From Pseudomonadota bacterium (GTDB taxonomy: Bacteria > Pseudomonadota > Alphaproteobacteria > JACQOE01): DNA of 64,000 bases. The position numbers and the translations under genes were made by a program. Location of the stretch: positions 10,354 to 74,353 of the forward strand of contig JACQOE010000023.1 in NCBI GenBank assembly GCA_016202695.1. The letters run 5' to 3'. Below the pieces are notes generated by a model, which saw only the letters and a program-made list of their open reading frames with translations, ran no database searches and had not been told where the DNA came from. This document shows, piece by piece, positions 9,708 through 18,236 of this stretch (its first letter is position 1; each line of letters opens with the position of its first letter).

Positions 9708-9722
9708 TTAACCGGTTGTTAA
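9708..9722. promoter_or_regulatory. Perfect CtrA-type box TTAA-N7-TTAA
   Basis: TTAACCGGTTGTTAA lies 46 nt upstream of the GTG at 9768. Confidence 0.5.
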
Positions 9723-9767
9723 GCGCGCCGTGGCATCGATGAGGGTGCGTTACCCACCCTGGCGACG

Positions 9768-10094
9768 GTGAACGACCCCGTGCCCGCGGACCACTCCCAG
9801 GACGACAAGACGCCGGCCAAGCGCCCGATCGCGGTGGCGCTCGGCTACGAGCGCGAGCGCGACGCCGCGCCGCGGGTGGTGGCGAGCGGGCGGGGCCGCA
9901 TCGCCGAGCAGATCCTCGAACTCGCCTTCGCCCACGGGGTGAAGGTGCGCGCCGACGCCGACCTCGCCGAGCTCCTCGCCGCCATCGACCTCGACAGCGA
10001 GATCCCGCCCGAGGCCTTCGCCGCGGTGGCCGAGATCCTGGTCTATGTCTACCGCGCCAACGGGCTGGCCCTGGCCGGCTGGGAGGAGCGATGA
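9768..10094 (+). CDS. Stand-alone FlhB C-terminal-domain-like protein (YlqH/EscU-C family)
   Basis: AVALGYERERDAAPRVVASGRGRIAEQILELAFAHGVKVRADADLAELL...IPPEAFAAVAEILVYVY aligns with FlhB-C after the NPTH site. No NPTH motif and no TM region. Confidence 0.8.
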   Translation: MNDPVPADHSQDDKTPAKRPIAVALGYERERDAAPRVVASGRGRIAEQILELAFAHGVKVRADADLAELLAAIDLDSEIPPEAFAAVAEILVYVYRANGLALAGWEER

Positions 10095-10414
10095 GCCCGG
10101 CCGACGAGGCGCGCCGGCTCCTCGACCAGGCAGGCGCCCAGGTGGACAAGGCGCGCGGCCTGATCGAGCAGGGCGAGGGCGTCGACCTCGCTCCGATGGA
10201 GGCGCGGATCACCGAACTCTGCGCCGCCATTGCCGCGCTCGGCGAAGCCGAGGCGCGGGCGCTGAGGCCGGCCCTGGTCGGGCTCCTCGACGAGGTGACC
10301 CGCCTCGGCGAGGAGCTGAAGCGCCGCCACCGCGACCTCGGCACCGAGCTCCAGGGCCTGGCCGAGCGCACCCGGGCGGCGACCGCCTACGGCCGGCGCG
10401 GCGGCAAGTCCTAG
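10091..10414 (+). CDS. Hypothetical coiled-coil protein, translationally coupled (ATGA) to the FlhB-C-like gene
   Basis: 107-aa helical, Ala/Leu/Glu/Arg-rich ORF. ATG 10091 overlaps the upstream stop. Followed by fliO. No family recognised. Confidence 0.5.
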   Translation: MSPADEARRLLDQAGAQVDKARGLIEQGEGVDLAPMEARITELCAAIAALGEAEARALRPALVGLLDEVTRLGEELKRRHRDLGTELQGLAERTRAATAYGRRGGKS

Positions 10415-10441
10415 CCTGGGGGCGGGGAAGGCGAAGGGCCG

Positions 10442-10759
10442 ATGGAGCCGAAGCAGATCCTGCTGGTCGCCGCCTCGCTGGCCCTGGTCCTCGGGCTCGT
10501 CTGGGTCTTCGCCCAGGTTTCGCGCCGGCTCGGATTCGGCCTGCCGGTGGCCCGCCGCGGCGCCGCCGGGCGGCGCCTGGCGGTGGTCGACTCGGCGCCG
10601 ATCGACGGCAAGCGCCGGCTCGTGCTGGTGCGCCGCGATCACGTCGAGCACCTGCTCGTGCTGGGGCCGACCGGCGAGCTGGTGGTCGAGGCCGGCATCG
10701 CCAGCCAACCCGCTTTGCCCCGCGCCGGCGCGTCGGACCCGACGGAGGGCCGCGCATGA
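10442..10759 (+). CDS. fliO: Flagellar biosynthesis protein FliO
   Basis: Single TM LLVAASLALVLGLVWVFAQV. RRLAVVDSAPIDGKRRLVLVRRDHVEHLLVLG is FliO-like. Stop overlaps the fliP ATG. Confidence 0.85.
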   Translation: MEPKQILLVAASLALVLGLVWVFAQVSRRLGFGLPVARRGAAGRRLAVVDSAPIDGKRRLVLVRRDHVEHLLVLGPTGELVVEAGIASQPALPRAGASDPTEGRA

Positions 10760-11535
10760 GCCGCGCCCTCGCCCGCCTTCGCGAAGCCCGCTTCGCCGGG
10801 CGCGACAAGGCCGCCCTCCTCCTCGCCCTCGCCGTCGCCGTCCTTGCCGGGGTGCCCGAGGCTGCGGCCCAGACCTTCTCGCTCGATCTCGGCCCCGGCG
10901 GCTCGACCACCGGGCGGATCGTCCAGATCATCGTCCTCATCACCGTCTTGAGCCTCGCCCCCTCGATCCTGGTGATGATGACGTCGTTCACCCGCATCGT
11001 GGTCGTGCTCTCGTTCCTGCGCACCGCGCTCGGCACCCAGCAGGCGCCGCCCAACGCGGTACTGATCAGCCTGGCGATGTTCCTCACCGCCTTCACCATG
11101 GCGCCGACCTTCGACCAAGCCTACCAGGCGGGGATCAGGCCCCTGGTTGCCGGCGACATCGAGGAGTTCGAGGCCTTTAACCGGGCGATGGTGCCGGTCC
11201 ACCGCTTCATGCTGCAGCACACCCGCGAGCGCGACATCGACATGTTCATGAGCGTGGCCAAGGAGCCGCCGGTGCCGCGGCCCGAGGACCTCAAGCTTCG
11301 GGTCTTGATCCCGGCGTTCATGATCAGCGAGCTCAGGCGCGCCTTCGAGATCGGCTTCCTTCTGTTCGTGCCGTTCCTGATCATCGACATGGTGGTGGCC
11401 TCGGTCCTGATGTCGATGGGAATGCTGATGCTGCCGCCGGTGATCATCGCCCTCCCCTTCAAGCTGATCTTCTTCGTCCTGGTCGACGGCTGGTACCTGA
11501 TCGCCGGCAGCCTGGTGCAGAGCTACGGCGGCTGA
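10756..11535 (+). CDS. fliP: Flagellar export apparatus protein FliP
   Basis: Internal ATG 10756 of ORF 10045..11535 gives a signal peptide plus LITVLSLAPSILVMMTSFTRIVVVLSFLR and AFEIGFLLFVPFLIIDMVVASVLMSMGM. The upstream Arg/Gly-rich part was rejected. Confidence 0.95.
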   Translation: MSRALARLREARFAGRDKAALLLALAVAVLAGVPEAAAQTFSLDLGPGGSTTGRIVQIIVLITVLSLAPSILVMMTSFTRIVVVLSFLRTALGTQQAPPNAVLISLAMFLTAFTMAPTFDQAYQAGIRPLVAGDIEEFEAFNRAMVPVHRFMLQHTRERDIDMFMSVAKEPPVPRPEDLKLRVLIPAFMISELRRAFEIGFLLFVPFLIIDMVVASVLMSMGMLMLPPVIIALPFKLIFFVLVDGWYLIAGSLVQSYGG

Positions 11536-11606
11536 GCGCGGGCGCGCCCGGCGGCTCGTTTGAACCGGGTTGCAAGAGGGGAAGCCGCGCCGCCCGGCGC
11601 GGGCGC

Positions 11607-12455
11607 TCAGGCGTCGGCGAGAAGCCTGCGGATCGCCGGCGGGTGGTGGAACGCGGCGGCGTGGAACTCGGGGCTATAGTAGCGGGTCTCGACCTTGGCC
11701 GCGGCAACGCGCGCCCTCAGCACCGCCGGGTCGAAGGGCAGGTAGTGCCGGCCCTTCACCGCCCAGCCATAGGCCATCGGCCCGCCGATGTAGGAGGGCA
11801 CCCCCGAGAGATAGCAGCTCGCCTCGTCGAACAGGCCGCGGAAGCAGCGGTAGGACTCCTGCAGCTCGGCCGGCTGCAGGTAGGGTACGCCGTTCTGGGT
11901 CACCAGCACGCCACCCTCGCTCAGGCGGTCGCGGCAGGCGGCGTAGAAGTCCGGGGTGAACAGCACCGCCCCCGGCCCCTGCGGATCGGTCGAGTCGACG
12001 ATGATCACGTCGAAGCTCTGCGCGGTCTCGTGGACGAACTTGATGCCGTCGGTGATGAGGAGCCGGGTGCGCGGATCGTCGAAGGCGCCAGCCGAGATCG
12101 TCGGCAGGTACTCGAGCGAGAGGTCGATCACCTTGCGGTCGATCTCGACCATGGTGACCGTCTCGACCGGATGCTTGAGCGCCTCGCGCAGGCAACCACC
12201 GTCGCCGCCGCCGATGATCAGCACCCGCCGGGCGGCGCCGTGCCCGAAGAGGGGCACGTGCACGATCGCCTCGTGGTAGAAGAACTCGTCGCGCTCGGTG
12301 GTCTGGATGACGCCGTCGAGCGCCAGCACCCGCCCGAAGAACGGGGTCTCGAAGATCACCAGCTCCTGGAGCCCGGTCCTTTCCCTGTAGACCTCGCGGG
12401 TGACCCGGAAACGCTGCCGCAAATGGGCGTGGAGCGTCTCCTCGAACCAGGTCAC
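11607..12455 (-). CDS. speE: Spermidine synthase
   Basis: GTG 12455 overlaps the speD stop (GTGA). LIIGGGDGG, VTMVEIDRKVIDLS, DVIIVDSTDPQGP motifs. 282 aa. Confidence 0.9.
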   Translation of the reverse strand: MTWFEETLHAHLRQRFRVTREVYRERTGLQELVIFETPFFGRVLALDGVIQTTERDEFFYHEAIVHVPLFGHGAARRVLIIGGGDGGCLREALKHPVETVTMVEIDRKVIDLSLEYLPTISAGAFDDPRTRLLITDGIKFVHETAQSFDVIIVDSTDPQGPGAVLFTPDFYAACRDRLSEGGVLVTQNGVPYLQPAELQESYRCFRGLFDEASCYLSGVPSYIGGPMAYGWAVKGRHYLPFDPAVLRARVAAAKVETRYYSPEFHAAAFHHPPAIRRLLADA

Positions 12456-13018
12456 TCGATCAGCCCCCGATCGACCTCGTCGATCAGCAGGCGCTCGGGC
12501 GCGAATGCCGCCGTCAGCACCGGCACCGACTTCTGCGGGTCGCAGTTCCCGCACATGAAAACGTCGATGGCCGCGAACGCACGCTCGGGCCAGGTGTGGA
12601 TGCTGATGTGCGACTCCGCCAGCACCGCCACCCCCGAGACCCCGCCCATCGGGGTGAAGCGGTGGACGTGGACGTGCAGCAGCGTCGCGTTGGCTGCCGC
12701 GACCGCGTCCCTGAGCGCGCGCTCGATCGCCTGCGGGTCGTCGAGGTTCTTCGCCCCCCAGAGGTCGAGCAGCAGGTGGCGACCGGCGAACACCTTGCCG
12801 TCGCGTTCGACGAAGTAGTCCAGCCCGCCGTCCGTGCCCGACTCGGCCGTGGCGCGCGCGGCGCCGGAGCGTGCCGCCGGTCCCTGCGGGCTCGCCTCGG
12901 AAACCGCCGCCACCTTCCAACCCGAACGGGAGAGAGAGTTCACGTCCCGATGCTCCCCCAGCAGACAAGAATAACCCGGAATTGGGGGCTGATTCGCCCA
13001 TTCGGGCGCGGAATGCAA
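12452..13018 (-). CDS. speD: S-adenosylmethionine decarboxylase proenzyme (SpeH/SpeD class 1); start uncertain
   Basis: Self-cleavage motif VLAESHISIHTWPE and DVFMCG. The N-terminal 60 aa of the ORF (TTG start) may be 5' leader rather than protein. Confidence 0.8.
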   Translation of the reverse strand: MHSAPEWANQPPIPGYSCLLGEHRDVNSLSRSGWKVAAVSEASPQGPAARSGAARATAESGTDGGLDYFVERDGKVFAGRHLLLDLWGAKNLDDPQAIERALRDAVAAANATLLHVHVHRFTPMGGVSGVAVLAESHISIHTWPERAFAAIDVFMCGNCDPQKSVPVLTAAFAPERLLIDEVDRGLIE

Positions 13019-13039
13019 GAAAAATCCGCACCCGGACCG

Positions 13040-13071
13040 AGAAAAGCCGGCTCCGGCGGCACTCCCGCCGG
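13040..13071 (-). terminator. Putative intrinsic terminator after the TPR gene (end of the fliL operon)
   Basis: Minus strand has CCGGCGG-GAGTG-CCGCCGG (13071-13053) 5 nt after the stop, then AGCCGGCTTTTCT. Confidence 0.5.
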
Positions 13072-13075
13072 GGGG

Positions 13076-16000
13076 CTAGTTGATCGCGCTCAGGCGGCCG
13101 CTGCGCACCCGCTCGCGGTAGGCACCCATGAAGGTCTGGAAGCTTTCGGCGAGCTTGATCCCCTCGCCCACCTCCTTGAAGTTGGCCAGGGTCACGTCGC
13201 TCTCGCGGGTGATGAGGGCGAACGCCTCGCGGAAGGGCGTCTTCAGCATCTCGGCCGCGTAACGGCGCTTGAGGCGGCCGAGGCCGCGTTCGTTGTCGCT
13301 GAGCGCCAGCGCCACCGCCAAGCTGGCGACGTCGCGGCTCTCGGCGAGATCGAGGCCGTTGCTGGCGTCCACCCCCGCCGCGACCAGGTTGTCGAGCGCG
13401 AGCGCCGCGGTGCGCCAGTCCCGGCGCTGCCAGTGGATCTCGGCGATCAGGCGCAGCCCGTCGACGCTTTCGTCGCCCTTGAGGACGGCGAGCGCCTCCT
13501 CGAGCTTGCCGTCCTCGACCAGGGCGCGGGCGCGGAGGTGCCGGCGCTGACCCGCCAGCTCGCCGGGAAGGCCGGCGATCTCGGTCTCGTCCAGCACCTT
13601 GAGCGCCTCCAGGGGCGCCTTGTTCAGGAGGTGGATGAGGGCGAGGCGGGCGCCCACGCGCGAGCGCTGCTCCCCCTTCAGCCGGTAGGTGATCTGGTGA
13701 TCGAGAACCTCCGCCGCCTTGCCCAGGAGGTCGACCGACACCAGCCGGTCGGCGAGCCGGCGGATCATCTCGTCGCCCTTCTCGCCCGCCGGGGTCAGCT
13801 CGCGGAACTCGTCGTAGAGCGCGATGGCGGTGATCGGCGGCATGGTGTCGGCGAGGCCGGCGAGGTAGAGCTCGTTGAAGGCGGTGGCCATCTTCAGGGT
13901 CACCAGCTGGGCGTCGCGATGGGTGGGGAAGTAGGTGGCGGCGATCTTCAGGGTCCTGAGCCCGTCGCGGTAGTTCTTCTCCTCGAAGTAGAGGTCGGCG
14001 AGCCGGTTGAGGAGGTCGAACTCGAAGTCGTCGCCCCGCCAGGCGAAGCGGAGCTTCTCCATCGCCTCGATCGCCGTCGGCCGGTCGATGCGCTCGATGC
14101 GCATCAAGAGGTCGAGCCGGGCGAGGTCGGCCTGGGAACGGGCCCGCCGGTCGCCGAACCGCTCGACCGAGTTCCAGGCGGCCAGCGCACCGTCGAAGTC
14201 GCCGCGGGCCTCGAGCAGCCGGCCGCGCAAGTACTCGTACTGGCCGGTATCGACCAGGGTGGTGTCGCCGCCCCGCTGCTGCTCGCGGGCGAGGATGCGG
14301 AAGATCTGCTCGGCGCGGCGCACGTCGCGGGTCTTGAGCGCGGCCTCGAAGGCGACCGACCCCAGCCGGCTCTTGAGCTTGGGCGGATAGGTGGGCAGCA
14401 GCGCCGCTCCGCTCCGGAACAGCGTCGCCGCGCCGCGCCAGTCGCCTCGCTGGGCGGCGAGCACCGCCCGCCACAGCTCGGCCTCGGTGTTCCTGGCCAG
14501 CGACGGGTGGCCAAGATCGGGCGTCGCCTCCTCGATCCGGCCCATGAGCAGGTTGGCCGCCCCGCGCATCAGCCGGAAGCCCGGATCGTCGGCCGCCTTC
14601 TCGTCGGCCCGGGCGATCACCTCGAGGATGCCGAGCGCCTCGGCGTCGAAGCCGTGGGCGAAGTAGAGGCGGGCGAGATCGAGCCGGGCGGAGTTGCGCC
14701 GGGCGCGGGGCGAGGCGATGATCGCCGCCTCGATCGCCTTGACGTTGGCGGTGAAGCCCTCGAGCCCGCCGCGCGCCCAGGCGTCGAAGTCGAACAGCCG
14801 GCTCACCGCGCTCGGCTCTCCGAGCGCCCTCTCCTGGGCCAATTGGCGGGTGTCGGGGGTGGCGGCGAGCCCGCCCGGGCGGGCGATGGTCAGTCCGCCC
14901 TGTGCGGTGCGGACGATGAGGTCGTCGGCCGTCGGCTCGATCACCACCCCCTGCGGGGTGGCGAGCAGCTTGAGGTCGGGATAGACCCGCTCCATGCGCA
15001 CCCCCAGCCCCGGGGTCTGGAGGGGCACGGCGAGGAGCATGTCGCCGACCTCGGGATCGCCGAAGCGCACGACCCTGCTGGTGCCGGTCGCCCGGATGAT
15101 GAGGGCGGTGCCCAGGGTGCGGCTTTGGCGGGCCTCGACCTCGACGGTCGATTCGGGCTCGACGTCGATGCGGGTGAAGGTCGCGATCCAGGCCCGCCCG
15201 TCGCGCCGGAAGCGGGGGTTGACGCCGTCGGGAAGGGTGAGCCGCAGCGCCGTCGCGCCCGGGGTCGGGATCTGGCGGGTGTCGGCGAGGAGCGGCTGCG
15301 CGCGCACCTGCGCGAGATCGAGCTGCGCCTCCTCGTCGAACAGGAGCCAGAGCTGACCGGCGCGGCGGAAGGCGGCGGCGCCCACCGCCCCCGGCCAGGG
15401 GAAGGTGAGGACGACCTCGCTCCCCTCCGCCTTCGCCGCCACCGCGAGCGCGCCGACCGGCGCGATCCGGGGCTCCTCCGGCCGCGAGGGCTCGGCCCCC
15501 GGCTGGCGCTCCTCGGCCTCGGCTCCGGCGCCGGTGAGCGCCGGGACCGCGGCCTCGCGCGGCGGCACCAGCGGGCGCGGGCGACCGCCCTCGGGGGCGG
15601 CGCCTTCGGCGGCCGCGACCTGGGGGGCGCGCGGCGCCTCGGCGACCGGAGAGGTGGCCGCCGGCGCGGCGCCCGGGGCGGATCCGGCGGGCGCGACCGT
15701 CGGGGCCTCGGGGGCCCGCGGCGAGACGGCCGGGGGCGCCGCCTGGCCGGCGCCAGAGGGGGCGGCGATGGTACGGGAGAACCGCCCCGAGCGGCGCGGC
15801 TCCTCGGCAGCGGGGACGGTAGCGTCTGCCGCCGGCGCGGCCTTTGCAGGCGCGACCGGCGCCGGCGTGGCGGGGCCGGCCGCCGGCCGCACGGCGGCGG
15901 TCCCGGCGGGCCGCGCCCGAGCCGGGGACGGCGGGCCGGCCGCGGCGGCGCCCGAGCCGTCGAGCACGTCGAGGACGATCCGGGTGCCGCTGCGGAAGTG

Positions 16001-16687
16001 ACGGACGCGCGCCCCCGGGCCGACGCCGAGGTTGAGGCTGAGCCCGTTTTGGTCGACCACCGCCTCGGCGCTCAGCACCTGGGCCGGGAGTTGCCCGCGC
16101 AGGCGGGCGAGATCGACCCCGGCCGGGCGGTCGAAGGCAACGACCACGATCTCGCCGTCCCGGCTGACCCGGTAGTCGACCGCCTGCGACCAGTCGAAGA
16201 CGAGGCGCCCGAAGCCGGCGTGCGCGCCGGTCCGCACCGGGAGTTCGCCGCCGGCCGGGGCGCGGGTCTCCTGGACGCCGCCGGGCGGCGACGGCGCGGC
16301 GGGGGCGGCCGCGGCCGGGCCAAGGAGGTCGACCACCACCGCCATGCCGTTGTTGAAGGTGCGAAGACCGAAGCTGCCGGTGAGCGAAAGCGTCAGCGTC
16401 CGGCCATCGGGGCCTGCCTCGGCCCCGGTCACGTATCCGCCGAGGTTGCGCACCAGCGGCGAAAGGTCGGTCCGGAACGGGCGGTCGAAGCCGACCACCA
16501 GCCGGGTCCCGGTCACCGTCGCCACATGGGCGACCGGCGTCCCCCAGTCGAAGACGATGCGGCCGTAGCCCTCGTGGGTCCAGGCGCGGGTGACGACCTC
16601 GGCCCGGTCCTGGGCGCCCGCCGCCGCCCAGCCGAGGGCGGCGACCGCGAGGAGGAGGGCGAGAAGCCGGCCGGCGGGGCGGCGCAT
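13076..16687 (-). CDS. 1203-aa secreted protein: AMIN-like beta modules + Pro/Ala linker + long TPR-like region; candidate periplasmic motor-associated scaffold
   Basis: Start ATG 16687 overlaps the motB stop (TGATG). Signal peptide MRRPAGRLLALLLAVAALGWAAAGA. Repeated modules GYGRIVFDW... and GFGRLVFDW.... About 190 aa of P/A-rich linker. The C-terminal ~700 aa are helical repeats. The 1412-aa ORF N-extension was rejected. Confidence 0.75.
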   Translation of the reverse strand: MRRPAGRLLALLLAVAALGWAAAGAQDRAEVVTRAWTHEGYGRIVFDWGTPVAHVATVTGTRLVVGFDRPFRTDLSPLVRNLGGYVTGAEAGPDGRTLTLSLTGSFGLRTFNNGMAVVVDLLGPAAAAPAAPSPPGGVQETRAPAGGELPVRTGAHAGFGRLVFDWSQAVDYRVSRDGEIVVVAFDRPAGVDLARLRGQLPAQVLSAEAVVDQNGLSLNLGVGPGARVRHFRSGTRIVLDVLDGSGAAAAGPPSPARARPAGTAAVRPAAGPATPAPVAPAKAAPAADATVPAAEEPRRSGRFSRTIAAPSGAGQAAPPAVSPRAPEAPTVAPAGSAPGAAPAATSPVAEAPRAPQVAAAEGAAPEGGRPRPLVPPREAAVPALTGAGAEAEERQPGAEPSRPEEPRIAPVGALAVAAKAEGSEVVLTFPWPGAVGAAAFRRAGQLWLLFDEEAQLDLAQVRAQPLLADTRQIPTPGATALRLTLPDGVNPRFRRDGRAWIATFTRIDVEPESTVEVEARQSRTLGTALIIRATGTSRVVRFGDPEVGDMLLAVPLQTPGLGVRMERVYPDLKLLATPQGVVIEPTADDLIVRTAQGGLTIARPGGLAATPDTRQLAQERALGEPSAVSRLFDFDAWARGGLEGFTANVKAIEAAIIASPRARRNSARLDLARLYFAHGFDAEALGILEVIARADEKAADDPGFRLMRGAANLLMGRIEEATPDLGHPSLARNTEAELWRAVLAAQRGDWRGAATLFRSGAALLPTYPPKLKSRLGSVAFEAALKTRDVRRAEQIFRILAREQQRGGDTTLVDTGQYEYLRGRLLEARGDFDGALAAWNSVERFGDRRARSQADLARLDLLMRIERIDRPTAIEAMEKLRFAWRGDDFEFDLLNRLADLYFEEKNYRDGLRTLKIAATYFPTHRDAQLVTLKMATAFNELYLAGLADTMPPITAIALYDEFRELTPAGEKGDEMIRRLADRLVSVDLLGKAAEVLDHQITYRLKGEQRSRVGARLALIHLLNKAPLEALKVLDETEIAGLPGELAGQRRHLRARALVEDGKLEEALAVLKGDESVDGLRLIAEIHWQRRDWRTAALALDNLVAAGVDASNGLDLAESRDVASLAVALALSDNERGLGRLKRRYAAEMLKTPFREAFALITRESDVTLANFKEVGEGIKLAESFQTFMGAYRERVRSGRLSAIN

Positions 16688-17397
16688 CAGCCCTCTCCGG
16701 TCTTGTCCAGGATGACCACGTCGACCCTCCGCGCGAGATCGAGCCGGCGCTCGCGGGGAAGGCGGGTCGTGATCAGCTCGAAGAGCGCGTCGGCGGCGCC
16801 GAAGGTGAGCACGCGGCGGGTGTAGCCCGCCCGGTGCATCTCGTTGGCGACCGAAGTCGCGCGCACCAGCGAGAGCTCCCAGTTGGAGGAGAAGCCCCGC
16901 CCGGTGACCGGCTGCGGATCGGTGTTGCCGTAGATCGCCACCAGGTTGGGGATGTTGCGCAGGATGCCGGCGAGGATGAATAGCGCGTTGCGCGCGCGGT
17001 CGTCCACCCGCACGCTCGCCGGGGCGAACAGGAGGTCGGTGGGCAGCGAGATCACCAGCCGGTCGTCGAGCCGGGTGAGGGTGCTCAGGTTCAGCACCGG
17101 GTCCTGGACGAGCTTCTGCTCGATCACGGCAAACATGTAGTCGAGGTTGGCCGCCGGCTGGGTGTCGGTGGTGCCGATGTTGAACTGGGCGGCGGGGGCG
17201 GCGTCGGTCTGAGTCGTGGGCGCGAAAGTGCGCGACATCGAATCGACCACCTCGGCGTACTCGTCGACCTTCATCTTCGACATCGCGAACAGCATGACGA
17301 AGAAGACGAGACACAGCGAAATGAGGTCGGCGAAGGTGAGCATCCAGGCCAGACTTCCCGGTTGCGCTTGCGGGACTTCATCGTCGTCGGTGGCCAT
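16687..17397 (-). CDS. motB: Flagellar stator protein MotB (OmpA-like C-domain)
   Basis: WMLTFADLISLCLVFFVMLF has the conserved Asp. PG-binding GNTDPQP...NWELSLVRATSVANEMHRAGY. Confidence 0.85.
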   Translation of the reverse strand: MATDDDEVPQAQPGSLAWMLTFADLISLCLVFFVMLFAMSKMKVDEYAEVVDSMSRTFAPTTQTDAAPAAQFNIGTTDTQPAANLDYMFAVIEQKLVQDPVLNLSTLTRLDDRLVISLPTDLLFAPASVRVDDRARNALFILAGILRNIPNLVAIYGNTDPQPVTGRGFSSNWELSLVRATSVANEMHRAGYTRRVLTFGAADALFELITTRLPRERRLDLARRVDVVILDKTGEG

Positions 17398-17400
17398 CGC

Positions 17401-18090
17401 TCACCCCCGGCGCCGGGCAAGGTCGGAGAAGTCGAGCACCGGCTCGTCGTCGGCGTGCAGGTAGAAGAAGAACTCCAGATTCTTGACCGGGCTCGGCTTG
17501 AGCCCGACCCTGAGCACCGACTTGGGCGCCCCGCGCTCGAGGAGCTGGCGGGCGAAGTTGCCGGCGCGGGCGACCTCGAGCGACGGGGTCTCGGGCAGCT
17601 TGTTGCCTGGCTCGTAAGGGGTGTTGATCAGGAACTCGAGCTCGTTCCGGTAGCCGGGCGGGCGCGCCGCGAGCGCCGCCGCAAGCCGCTCCAGGAACGG
17701 GCCGAGACCCGGCCTGATCGTAGCCGAGTCGGTCTCGAACAGCGCCTCGGGATGCATGCGGATGTACATCTGCCGGCCCGGCTGGACCACGTTCACCTGC
17801 GCCACCGGGATCGCCGTGGTGAACAGGTTGCCAAGGCGCTCCATGGCCTGGAGCGGGGTGAACGCCTCGCCCTGCTGCGAGGTGAACGGCACCGGCTTGG
17901 TCGAGGGCGGGATCAGCGACGAGAAAGCCGAGATCAGGCTGTCCATCACCTTCTTGGCCCTCACGTCCTCGAGCGTGGAGAGCGTGTTGAGGAGGATGAA
18001 GAAAGCCAGAAGCAGCAGGTACAGCGACAGGAACAGCGCGATCGAGGGGTCCGCCGTCTGCGGCTTCTTCGGGGCGTCGTCGTCGTCCAT
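17401..18090 (-). CDS. MotB-like paralog lacking the channel Asp and with degenerate OmpA motifs (pseudo-stator subunit)
   Basis: TM helix IALFLSLYLLLLAFFILL has Ser at the position aligned with MotB Asp. C-domain LFETDSATIRPG...LEVARAGNFARQLLERG is only loosely OmpA-like. Its stop lies 3 nt before the motB start. Confidence 0.6.
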   Translation of the reverse strand: MDDDDAPKKPQTADPSIALFLSLYLLLLAFFILLNTLSTLEDVRAKKVMDSLISAFSSLIPPSTKPVPFTSQQGEAFTPLQAMERLGNLFTTAIPVAQVNVVQPGRQMYIRMHPEALFETDSATIRPGLGPFLERLAAALAARPPGYRNELEFLINTPYEPGNKLPETPSLEVARAGNFARQLLERGAPKSVLRVGLKPSPVKNLEFFFYLHADDEPVLDFSDLARRRG

Positions 18091-18236
18091 CGAACCTCAG
18101 CGGTCCCGGGCCGCGGGCGACGCCCAAGCCGCAGGCGCGCGACAACTGGGCGCGCACCCGTGCCCGGGCGCAAGTGTACCACAAACGAGGCGGTCGGACG
18201 ATGCGCGCATGGCTAGCGCCGTGGCTGCGGGCCGGC

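Noticed and set aside
11607-14474. 955-aa ORF treated as one gene
   Set aside because: Only the last 849 nt (from GTG 12455) have spermidine-synthase sequence. The upstream part is an out-of-frame read-through of speD and the TPR gene.
12596-16825. 1409-aa plus-strand ORF
   Set aside because: It is antisense to speD and the TPR gene. The composition is dominated by G/R/A/E/D runs with no recognisable motifs.
16688-17314. N-terminal extension of the TPR protein ORF (1412-aa version)
   Set aside because: The extension overlaps motB in another frame and is Arg/Pro-rich. A signal peptide begins exactly at ATG 16687.
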